Part shown: positions 53,505 through 64,000 of the stretch, in pieces
Layout: every line of letters begins with the position of its first letter
How positions within the stretch are numbered: the stretch's first letter is position 1
Source of the DNA: Octopus bimaculoides
Lineage: Eukaryota
Length of the DNA: 64,000 bases
Assembly: GCF_001194135.2 (NCBI RefSeq)
Contig: NC_068993.1
Location: 18,931,967-18,995,966 of the forward strand
Reading direction: 5' to 3'
Translations under genes and position numbers: made by a program
The notes under the pieces: model-generated
The model's input: the letters and a program-made list of their open reading frames with translations, nothing else
What the model was told of the DNA's origin: nothing
Databases searched by the model: none

Positions 53505-54485
53505 TTTCAAATTTTGGCACAAGACCAACTGTTAAGGGGGAGGAGGTAAGCCGATAACTTCAACCCCAGTGTTTAGCTGGTACTTATTATATCGACCTCG
53601 AAAGGATGATAGGCAAAGTCGGCCTCGGCGGAATTTGAACTCAGAAGATAAACACGGTCGAAATGTCGCCAAGCATTTTGCGCGAGCGTGCCAGTGGGTC
53701 TCTGAGCTCACTGCACTACACCTAATGAAAAATTGATTTCAAATTTTGGCACAAGGCTAGCAGTTTCGGAGAAGGAAGTAAACCGATTACATCAACGCCA
53801 GGATTCGACTGGTTCTTATTTTATCGATTCTGAAACGATGAAATGCAAAATCGATCTCAGAGGAATTTGAGGTTAGAACATAAAGACGGACGAAATGCTG
53901 CTAATCATTTTGCCCAGCGTGCTAATGATTCTGCCAGCTCGCCGCCCTACATCCAATGAAAATAGTGATACATTGAAATATATAAAGCAGTAACAACACT
54001 CCCATCAATAAAATTGTGAAATTGACAGTAACTGCTCTAAGCCTTGTTTACTCCAGACGGACTCACACCTAAATCGTTCAAATGGTCTTCCTGAACAATT
54101 TTTGATTGTAAGGTGACAATAACCAATAACTCATATTACTCCCAAGGTAACCATGTAACACATGCTATACTGCATTAATGAAGCTAGTTTTTACCATTAC
54201 TTTCTCTCCCCAGAGCTAGAATTTACTTTTCCCCTCGAGCCCCAGGACACATTAGGCCCGTTACCGGGTTTGCCTGGCGATAAAAGTGACTGGTCCAATT
54301 TTGAAGGGAGGGGAAAAGTCAATTAGATCGATTCCCGTCTTTGACTCGGACTTTATTTTATCGACTCTGAAGAGATGAAAAGCAAAGCTGACCGCAACGG
54401 GATTTCAGCTCAGAACATAAAGAACCAGGAGAAATAACGCTAAGCACTTTATCCTCTATTCTATCTATTCTGCCAGCACGCTGCC
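53505..54485 (-). mobile_element. Three SINE B copies (~53505-53700, ~53735-53946, ~54290-54485)
   Basis: Each has tail tttcaaattttggcacaag (or a variant), core and tRNA-like head in reverse complement. Confidence 0.75.
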
Positions 54486-54850
54486 TTTAGATCTACTTGA
54501 CATGTGAGAGATTGCAAACTCCATGCACTGTTCAGTTGTGCTCCGCAAAAGCTCCCGTATCTGAAAATTGAAGTTGCTTCATAAACCCAAATTACTGGAT
54601 GCGTACATGAAGACTCACTGGTTTTTAACCGTCACACGGAATCACACGTCATCCAGATAATATCCTTTTTATGTAATTTCTATCGCAATATTCCTTTCCC
54701 CTGAACTAGCAAGCTACGGATGATACAATTTCGTCGCGTTTATTCCTCTCTTTATTGATACGAAGAGCTATTTTACCCTATCACTTATCCTCATATATGT
54801 ATGTCCTTATTAAATCACGCACTCACCACACATATTCTAAAAATATCAAC

Positions 54851-55064
54851 GGCGAGCTGGCAGAAACGTTAGCACGCCCGGCGAAATAAATGCTCAGCGG
54901 TATTCCGTCTGTCTTTACGTTGTGAATTCAATTTCCGCCGAGATCGACTTTGCCTTTCATCCTTTCTGGGTCGATAAATTAAGTACCAGTTGCGTACTGG
55001 GGTCGATCTAATCGAATAGCTCCCTCCCTCCAAATTTCGGGCCTTGTGCCTAGAGTAGAAAAGA
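54851..55064 (+). mobile_element. SINE family B, best-preserved copy
   Basis: ggcgagctggcagaaacgttagcacg..gtcgactttgcctttcatcctttctgggtcgataaattaagtaccagttgcgtactggggtcgatctaatcga..tagagtagaaaagaa. Confidence 0.9.
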
Positions 55065-55405
55065 AAGGTATCAGCTGAAGGAATTGAAGATGGCTAGACT
55101 TAGACTACGGGCATTAATTACTCTGTGTAACACGAATTTTATCCTTGGGTAGAAAATGTTATTTCGTATTTGCTTCCAGACTGTATGAAAAATGGTTAAT
55201 ATTTGCTTAAAACTTCGTTTTTATTACATTTATTAAAATCCCAAAGAATCCCTCTCAATACATGGCAATGGTGCTTCTCCACTGCTACTGCACGTGATCA
55301 GAGATGCACTTATTGTCAGTCATTAAGGAACATGCATAAATGGTTAACACTATTACACAGCGTTATTTGTGTGCTCAGACTAGTATGAACAATGAAACAA
55401 CTTAC

Positions 55406-55572
55406 GCTAAATTGTCGTCCACGCAAATAGTAAATGTATGGTCGCAGTCACCGCAGGGTAACAGCCAGAATCGAGGAGCGCAGCAGGTCTTATTGTGCAG
55501 GTAACCACGTGGATTACTGAAATTAACGAGCTTCACTTCTAAAATCCCCAGGCAATTGGCCCAACATGGAAG
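55406..55572 (-). CDS. Internal coding exon of a Delta/Serrate(DSL)-family Notch-ligand-like gene (end of signal peptide plus first half of the C2/MNNL domain)
   Basis: Acceptor tttgtttgttttgcag| and donor |gtaagt. Length 167 nt, phase 0 in and phase 2 out. Peptide LPCWANCLGILEVKLVNFSNPRGYLHNKTCCAPRFWLLPCGDCDHTFTICVDDNL matches the G.FEL.L..F.N..G....CC...C..C...F..C pattern of Notch ligand N-termini. Confidence 0.85.
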
Positions 55573-56769
55573 CTGCAAAACAAACAAACGTATATTTTGA
55601 ATTACCGATTGCAAACACGATTATGCATCTATCTGTCTGTCTGTCTGTCTGTCTGTCTGTTTCTCTCTCTCTCTCTCTCTTTTTCTCTACTTATAAGCAC
55701 ACACACAATTCGCACACATGCAATGTATATGAATATGTATATGTATATGTATATATGTATTTGTATATANNNNNNNNNNNNNNNNNNNNNNNNNNNNNNN
55801 NNNNNNNNNNNNNNNNNNNNNNNNNNNNNNNNNNNNNNNNNNNNNNNNNNNNNNNNNNNNNNNNNNNNNNNNNNNNNNNNNNNNNNNNNNNNNNNNNNNN
55901 NNNNNNNNNNNNNNNNNNNNNNNNNNNNNNNNNNNNNNNNNNNNNNNNNNNNNNNNNNNNNNNNNNNNNNNNNNNNNNNNNNNNNNNNNNNNNNNNNNNN
56001 NNNNNNNNNNNNNNNNNNNNNNNNNNNNNNNNNNNNNNNNNNNNNNNNNNNNNNNNNNNNNNNNNNNNNNNNNNNNNNNNNNNNNNNNNNNNNNNNNNNN
56101 NNNNNNNNNNNNNNNNNNNNNNNNNNNNNNNNNNNNNNNNNNNNNNNNNNNNNNNNNNNNNNNNNNNNNNNNNNNNNNNNNNNNNNNNNNNNNNNNNNNN
56201 NNNNNNNNNNNNNNNNNNNNNNNNNNNNNNNNNNNNNNNNNNNNNNNNNNNNNNNNNNNNNNNNNNNNNNNNNNNNNNNNNNNNNNNNNNNNNNNNNNNN
56301 NNNNNNNNNNNNNNNNNNNNNNNNNNNNNNNNNNNNNNNNNNNNNNNNNNNNNNNNNNNNNNNNNNNNNNNNNNNNNNNNNNNNNNNNNNNNNNNNNNNN
56401 NNNNNNNNNNNNNNNNNNNNNNNNNNNNNNNNNNNNNNNNNNNNNNNNNNNNNNNNNNNNNNNNNNNNNNNNNNNNNNNNNNNNNNNNNNNNNNNNNNNN
56501 NNNNNNNNNNNNNNNNNNNNNNNNNNNNNNNNNNNNNNNNNNNNNNNNNNNNNNNNNNNNNNNNNNNNTATATATATATACATATACATGCATACATACA
56601 TGTATGTATTTTTCTTTCTCATATAGAGTCTATCAGCTGAAGATGTATCTTTTGCAAAGATGTTTTGGGATGACTTAATGTAAGCGAAGTTGAATCCTAC
56701 TTTAGAGTTTAAATAATATAAACTGACATAATCAAATTGTACACGCGAGGATTACACTAGGAAATGCAA

Positions 56770-57560
56770 ATATTTGTTTTAAATTTTGGTACAAGGCTAT
56801 GAATTTCTGGGTAAACCAATTACACCGAACCCAGTGCTCAATGGTACATATTTTATCAACTCCACAACAGGAGGAAAGGCAAAGTAGACTCCTGGTGGCA
56901 TTTGAACTCAGGACACAAAGTCAGAAGAAATGCTGTTAAGCATTTTGTCGCACACGGTAACGGTTCTGCCAACTCGTCGCCTTGGAGTGTGCAAATATTG
57001 GTTTTAAATTTTGGTACATGGCCAGAAGGAACGGCGAATATTGGTTTCAAATTTTTGTATAAGGACAGTAATTTCTTGGGAGGATATAAATCGATTACAG
57101 TGTTCAACTGGTACATGTATTATCGACCCCGAAAGAATGAAAAGCAAATGCGACTCTGGTGGAATTTGAACCCAGAAAGTAAAGACAGACGAAATACCGC
57201 TAAGTATTTTGCGCTCACAAAGTAGAGACCGATGAAATACTACTAAGTATTTTAGCCTCAGAAAGTAAAGAAGGACGAAATACCGGTAGGTGTTTTGACC
57301 TCAGAACGTAAAGACGGACGAAAATCTAGCAGACGATATTTATATCGCTGCCCTGGTGCAAATATTGGTTACAAACTTTGTCACAAGACCCAGGAATTGT
57401 GGGGAAAGGTGCATGTCAATAACATCGATCCCAGTGCTCAACTGGTACTTATTTATCAACGCCGAAGGAATGAAATGTAAGGTTAACCTTCACAGAATTT
57501 GAACTCAGAACGTAAAAACGGATGTAAAGCTAGTAGACGATATTTATACCACCACCTTAG
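56770..57560 (-). mobile_element. Cluster of nested or stacked SINE B fragments
   Basis: Repeated tail, core and head modules in reverse complement. Confidence 0.7.
57173..57323. repeat. 43-bp tandem repeat (about 3.5 units) derived from the SINE B head
   Basis: Units start at 57173, 57216, 57259 and 57302 (cagaaagtaaagacagacgaaataccgctaagtattttgcgct and variants). Confidence 0.85.
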
Positions 57561-59189
57561 TGCAAATATCATTATCAATATTGTTGTTCTATCAATTGGA
57601 CAACTAGATAATCTGCTTGAGATGCGACCGTGTGGTTAAGAAATAAGCTACCGCATCACGACGTACCAACTTCAATCTCATTATGTGACTATTTGGACAG
57701 GCGCCATTTGCTATAATAACGGATCGATCCATGTTTTTCTGAATGTAATTGAGTTGACAGAATCTGTATGGATTCCATCCGTAATCCGATGGATCAGATT
57801 TGTCTCACTGTGACCAGTTTATTCTTCCTGAAAAGTACTATAAGGAAGCACTTGTTTGTAGAATACCCAAGCGCTTAAACACTAATTCGATGAGTTTGGT
57901 GGTTCAGTTGATTGATGGGTTGAAATCTTGTAGTTGGGAATTGTGCCCGAGATCCATGTACGTACACACGCACACGAGAAACACACACATACACACACAT
58001 ACACAACACTCACACACAAACGCGCGCACATACACACACATGCTCGCGCACACACGCACACACGACGAACGGCAGAGCTGCCTCTTTTACACAAGTCATT
58101 GGTCTGCATGTTGCTATCGTAGAAGATATTTGCACAAGATGACACGTAGTGCGACTAAATACAAGACTACGTATAAGTGAATAAAACTTATTTACCACAC
58201 AGCCAAAGCTGCGCCTATCTATGAAGATATTTATAAAAAAAATTCACTAATGTAGAGATTTCTTTATGAAAATGTGGTTGCTATGTAGTAGCTTTATAGA
58301 TAACAATAAGCTTATGAACGGGTTTTAATCGTTGTTAAAATGAAAATAATGGAATAGAGATGATTAGATGTAGCAAGTTGAAGTGAATTAAACTCTGATA
58401 AAGAGTGGAGTGATATAGCTTTCAATTTATTTGTAATTTGTTACTAGGAGATGGCTGCTGTGTAAGTGAAAAAGATATACAGTTCGTTTAGACATCAACC
58501 ATTATAAAATATAGTAAGACATTTAGTCTAGCTTGTATGATAAAATGTTTCAAGAAATTATTAAGAGGATATAAATATCGTCTACTATTTTTTCGAAGAT
58601 AACAGTTTTTAAGATTGTTTGATTTCGTACATTGAGCAGGAGAGACAGAACAAATTTAAATCACAAAAAGAAATACTATGAAATGAAATAAAAAAAAAAG
58701 AGGCAAAAGATAATATAATAAATGAATACATTAGATGTACGTTGTGGTGTGCATTACCGTAAACGTTTATTTACAAATGGTCTTATTTAAATATTGTTAT
58801 AAACCACAGGAAAAGCATTGGGACGCTAAAATGCGGCAACAGAGTAATGTAATTAGATACTGTCAAAAATACTAGAAGAGTACAATAAAATAGTGAAATA
58901 TATCCATGTATTTTCGTTGTTAGTCGAATGGTCAGAAAAGATGGTTGGACTAGAAGAGAGTTAATTTCCAGTGACAGAATTAGCAAAAGAAAAAACAATT
59001 TAGAAATGCTTAAGTGTTTCCCAAGCTTTTGTGTCGACAAATCTTGACTGATGCTTAGTAAGAGACTGCATCCATTATTTTGTAGGTAGTAATTTAGGTA
59101 GAATATATAACTGTCTCTGTAAGGTTTCTCTATACAAAATACAAAACGTGGAAGCACAAGTATTCTGTTCTGTTCAAACATGAAGTGGG

Positions 59190-59618
59190 GCCAGGCACGT
59201 CAGTCAGGCAGTAGTAGATGACGGATACGATGTAGGCATTCACCACCTTCATTCGACCCTTCAGGAATAGTTTCCTTCAAGTCTATTTATGGGTTAGACT
59301 AGGTACCCTGCTCGACACCTCTTCCCAGCTCTTGACCTACTGGAGGTCTAGGCTAAGCCAAATCTCAATCAACTAAAACGGTCAGTCTGTCCAGTGTCAA
59401 GAACGCCTTTCGGTTGTATGGATTTGACTCTCCATGTGCCCAAATGCAGGCGCCCACATATGGTTGTGATGCATGAGCCTTGTGTAGCCTTATCAGACGG
59501 GTAGTCATGATGGGTATACTCGGCTTCGTATATTTCCCCCAGTGTCACTTTAATGGCCTGCTCTTCACTCTCAGTCAATAATAATAATAAAAACAACAAC
59601 AACAACAACAACAACAAC

Positions 59619-59678
<60 letters not shown>
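59190..59678 (+). mobile_element. 3' end of a non-LTR retroelement with (AAT)n tail, family unassigned
   Basis: A higher-GC block ending in ..cccagtgtcactttaatggcctgctcttcactctcagtc followed by (AAT/AAC)n. Confidence 0.45.
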
Positions 59679-59679
<1 letters not shown>

Positions 59680-59899
59680 TGATGGTGTTGAAGTAATGTG
59701 GAAAATCGAAAGGATGACAAATACAAAAAATGAAATATCTCAGACAGTAATGATCTTAAATATATATGAGAATCCTTAAGGAACCTGCCAATATGAGGAG
59801 TAATACAATTTTGAACAATCTATATAGCTTGTGTTCATTCCTAAATGAGTTTACAAAGAACAAGATAAAATGGAAGAAAAATAAAACTTACATCGAAAA

Positions 59900-61050
59900 A
59901 CAGATTAAAGTAGCGAAAATAACGGACAGAAGATTGATCACCACAGGCGAAAATACTAAAAGCAAGCATAACACCAGAACAATAGACAGAGGAAATAACA
60001 GCCGAAAGATTAACTCACACATTGCAAGATGGGCAACTGGAAAGCGCTTGGAAATGACAACGTGTCAACCTTCTGGATAAAATATCTAAAATATTAACCC
60101 CAAAGAAATTGAACATTTATTCTAAAATTTACTGAAACAACACAGTTGGAAAAATAGCATCGAATTTCACAAACTGGAAATACATAAGACATCAAAAATA
60201 TGGAGTCCGTAATCTGCTCGTTCGAATGATACAATGCCTTTGAATCTATCTTACTACAAATGGAAAAGTAGAAAACATAAATGCTTGCGGAAGAACAGTA
60301 AATATTCCGACTTTTATATTCTTTTCAACTCTAGGTACAAGGCCTTACATTTTTTTGGTGGAGTCGTGGCCAGTCGATTAGATCGACTCGAGAATAGAGC
60401 TGCTACTTACTTTATCGATCTCAAAAGGCAAAGTCGACCTCGGCGGAGTTTGAACTCAAAACGTAAAGACAGACGAAGCACCGCTAAGCATTTCGCCCGG
60501 CGTGCTAACGTTTCTGCCAGCTCGCCTCCTCATTCCGACGTTTATATTTACTTTGAGATGATTAACAGATAACTGAAGACGGTGGAAGAAAAGCAATTGA
60601 TTGATTAGAAGAAATCTTTTGACTACTTTTGATCACCCGTAGAATCAAGAAACATTAAGACATGTAAGGCAGCTCATTGAATAGGCAAGTAGATATAACA
60701 TGCAAACAAAATACGGAAATTTCTATAATAATATAAAAGAGAATAATAACAATCAGTAGCGGAATATTTCAAGGGACCGGCTCCTCTTCATTAATGTTCG
60801 TTCCTGAATATACGTTATAAGTGAATATTCTAAAGGAAACTGGATGTGGATATAGATGCTATCGAGTCACAATCAAATATCTTTTGTGTAAGATGAGTCA
60901 GTCTCTTTACTGGAGAGAACATATATCTAGACTTTCTGTTACTGTTATCTACCAAAAGATATCGGAGGCAGAACCGCTCTTAGAAACAAATTCTGTTGGA
61001 AAAATACTCCAGAGAAATTTTCATTTGGTGACTCTTCACATAAATTTGGA
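59900..61050 (+). mobile_element. R4/Dong-like LINE reverse transcriptase remnant, interrupted by a SINE B (~60325-60528, minus)
   Basis: NWKALGNDNVSTFWIKYLK (cf. NWKAPG.D....FW.K.L), SGIFQG, and ILKETGCGYR..IKYLL (cf. LL..TGYGY..I.HLL). Confidence 0.75.
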
Positions 61051-61112
61051 CCTACGTCAGAGAAAAAAAAAAAAAGAGAAAAGAAAAAAACAAGTGTTCC
61101 CGCTACGATAGT

Positions 61113-61183
<71 letters not shown>

Positions 61184-61614
61184 TTGCTGCTTTTGCTGCT
61201 GCTGCTATTAAGTAAACAAAAGCAACTGCACGCTCACTCACACCTCTTGTCACACATTCGTACAGAATAGATGTTAAAAATAAGGAGTAATAATGTGAGG
61301 ATAGCAGAATCGTTAGCACACCGGGGAAAATGCTTAACGGCATCTCATCTATCTTTACATTCAGAGTTCAAATTACGACGAGGTCAATTTGCCTTTCATA
61401 CTTTCGTGGTCAGTAAAGTAAGTACCCTGCCCACGAAGTTGCTGGCCTTATGCTAAAACTTTGAAGCGGTAATGTATGCGAGGATGGACAAGACAAAATT
61501 ATAGAGGATGTCGTTGTACAATGAATGTAATAAAACTTAATAAACACAGAATACTTCGTTTTTGGATTTGGTTTGCAAGATTCTTTATGTGAGTTCCTGT
61601 GCTGAAACATATTA

Positions 61615-61834
61615 TGTTGTGTCTGGGGTGAGTCATTCTCTATTAGTGCCTTATAATTTAATACACACACCGGTAATATTTCCACTCATTTATTAATTTA
61701 TTTTTCCTATTGAAAATGTTGCAACACTCAACGAAAATTTTAGGAAAAATAAATAAGTAAATGAATGGAAACTTTACCGGTGAGTGTATTAAATAATAAG
61801 GCACTAAAAAAAATGACTCTCCCCAGACACAACA
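61615..61834. repeat. Inverted repeat with ~95-nt arms and ~31-nt spacer (MITE-like hairpin)
   Basis: 61615-61709 is an imperfect reverse complement of 61741-61834. Confidence 0.8.
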
Positions 61835-62049
61835 AAACACAGAATAAGCCTTTGTTTTCTAAATATGCTTGCAAGAGTATCTTCTCCATGGGGCTCATAT
61901 TAATTATCTTATCCATTGCCTCTCTATTCATAATCAATAATTTTGTGAACTCATGATGTTACCATGAAGAGGGAAGACTCCTCATTCTTTATTTTGGTGT
62001 TTTATTGGGGTTAACTCTACTTTTTGAAGTTCATTTTTGCTTATGGCTA

Positions 62050-63000
62050 TTTAACTTTTCTTCTATCACATTATGCACATCATTTAATGAAAAACATTGC
62101 TGATAAAAGACATCTCGTTGTAGTTCTTGTTTGGGATGAGTTGGCGGTCTGGCTTTCCAGTATTTTTAGTACCGCATGCGATGAGTAACGTGACGATGCC
62201 ACTGGAATCGCTCTCTCCCGAACAAACTGTGGAAGACGGCGCTCTGGAGTCTGGTTTCTGCAACCTTTTTGTTTCTCTATTTATTGGGGAAAATCCTTCA
62301 AGTGAGTCTTACTACCACAGCTGTAATAACTCAGCTTATTGCTCTGCGTTAGTGAAATCTGTATCCTTGTCTCATGTCTCAACTAGGGCATCTCTCTGTG
62401 AAGGCTAATATTTCTGTTTTGTCTTCTTCGGTTTCCTAAATATATTAATAAGTGCATGTGCTTGCATGCATTTTTGTTACTATTTGTATATCGTGCAAAT
62501 TCCCATTTTAAGAATTTGCTCATGCCTTCATCTGGTTATGCTTTCTCGTGTACTGATTGTTTCAATATCATTTTTCTCTTTGTTTTTGAAAGTTTGCTTA
62601 TCATTTTTGTTTATGTTGCTAAGAAGGAGAATCACTACCACTGACTTTTTTTTTATTAATATCTTTCACTACTCATCTCTCACAGGAAGAGATGATAAAT
62701 ATTTAAATAGAAAAATAAGATGCTTTCTGACAGCAATGAATGTTGAGAAACTTTCGAATATAGCGCATTGTTCGTAAGATTTTGCCTGACAGTCTCTGAC
62801 TTTACCGATTTAAACTGCTCATTATCCAGCATTTTCTAGTGCTAATTCCTTACAAATCTAGTTCAGTTTTCTCTGTACTAAAAAGCAATATTTGTAATTG
62901 ATTCGATTAACTCCCGCTTGACCAACATGTTAATCCGATCCATGTTGAGAACGACGCACTCAGATCCCAGTAATCTGGTCTGTTTCTATATCTTACCTAA
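62050..63000 (-). mobile_element. Possible highly decayed LTR-retrotransposon gag remnant
   Basis: Weak fragments only (YYSCGSKTH knuckle-like; VQRKL..KELALENA) with many stops. Confidence 0.25.
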
Positions 63001-63730
63001 TTTAATTGTGCAGATCACCAACTTTAGACAACTACACAAAATTGTGAACACACTGTGATATCCCTATCTGCTGAAGTAACGAGGTGTAAACCAAGCAGTG
63101 AAGCAGAAGACGTGTGAGTCCTGCAAGTACCTCTCACACTGTTGGCTGTCACATCCAAATATATTGATTGATGTCATTCAGAAAATGAGCATGCTTGAAA
63201 CACCAAAAGTCATCCACGCTTTACAAAAGAGTCCCCTAATACAGCAGTGGCTGGAATTTATAGAGAGAACATGAAAACAGGGACTCACTCAGAAAGTCAT
63301 GACATATGGTTCCTAATTTTTTTGAGTACGATCTACTGAACAACGAAGGGATATGGAAGTTGCATATCATTTCGTTATAGAAATGGATGAGAACCAGGAA
63401 AGCACAAATCAGGTTTTATTTCATCCAGTTTCTATTTTGAAAGGAGACATGGTATATTGTTTTCACAATTGCAAAGCAAATATCTTTTTTGTAATATTTC
63501 ATCGCTATTGTTGTCGCTGACATTTTTGAAAACATTCTGCTCCACAAGGCACTGTCGCTATTGTTGATGGAAGACCTATTGGCATATATGCCCAAGGTAA
63601 TATTTCATATATTTTGTATTATAAGAAAAAAAATCTTAACATAAAACTATTAAAAACTCGCTGAGTAGAATCATCATCGCCAAATGTAGACATAATGTCA
63701 ACATTACTGCCAGAAGCAGAAAAAGCATAA

Positions 63731-63827
<97 letters not shown>

Positions 63828-63929
63828 TTGGTCCGTCCGTCCGTCCGTCCGTCCGTCTGTCTGTTTTTTCTGACTGTCGGTCTGTATGTGCTTTCACCAC
63901 TAGTAGTAGAAATAGAAAATAAATACTTC

Positions 63930-63983
<54 letters not shown>

Positions 63984-64000
63984 TACGCAAACATATACAT

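Noticed and set aside
57173-57323. CRISPR-like array
   Set aside because: No spacers, the units are SINE-derived, and the context is eukaryotic.
58783-59181. Candidate signal-peptide (first) exon of the ligand gene
   Set aside because: The hydrophobic stretch has no suitably placed in-frame ATG or strong donor. The first exon was not identified and may lie in the gap at 55770-56568 or beyond the window.

Overview
AT-rich, repeat-saturated animal genomic DNA with 8 scaffold N-gaps. The tRNA-derived SINE families, very dense (TA)/(CA)/(ATCT)/(AAT) microsatellites and retroelement set point to an octopus genome (inference). The only well-supported host coding sequence is one 167-nt minus-strand exon (55406-55572). 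It encodes the start of the N-terminal C2/MNNL domain of a Delta/Serrate-type Notch ligand and has canonical splice sites. No further exon of this gene could be identified with confidence, so most of the window may be one very large intron. The rest is a mobile-element graveyard: Penelope-like elements (PLE), CR1, RTE and R4/Dong LINE remnants, a Gypsy pol remnant, pogo/Tigger and mariner pieces, foldback MITEs, and dozens of SINEs in three main families (my labels A, B, C). The most unusual signal is a fourth, SINE-like element with a tRNA-like head and a PLE-type minimal hammerhead ribozyme motif in its tail. It occurs twice as a head-to-head foldback of about 500 bp (26966-27468 and 28878-29397). 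Most ORFs in the supplied track are microsatellite or gap artefacts. TE boundaries are approximate unless TSDs or TIRs are cited.
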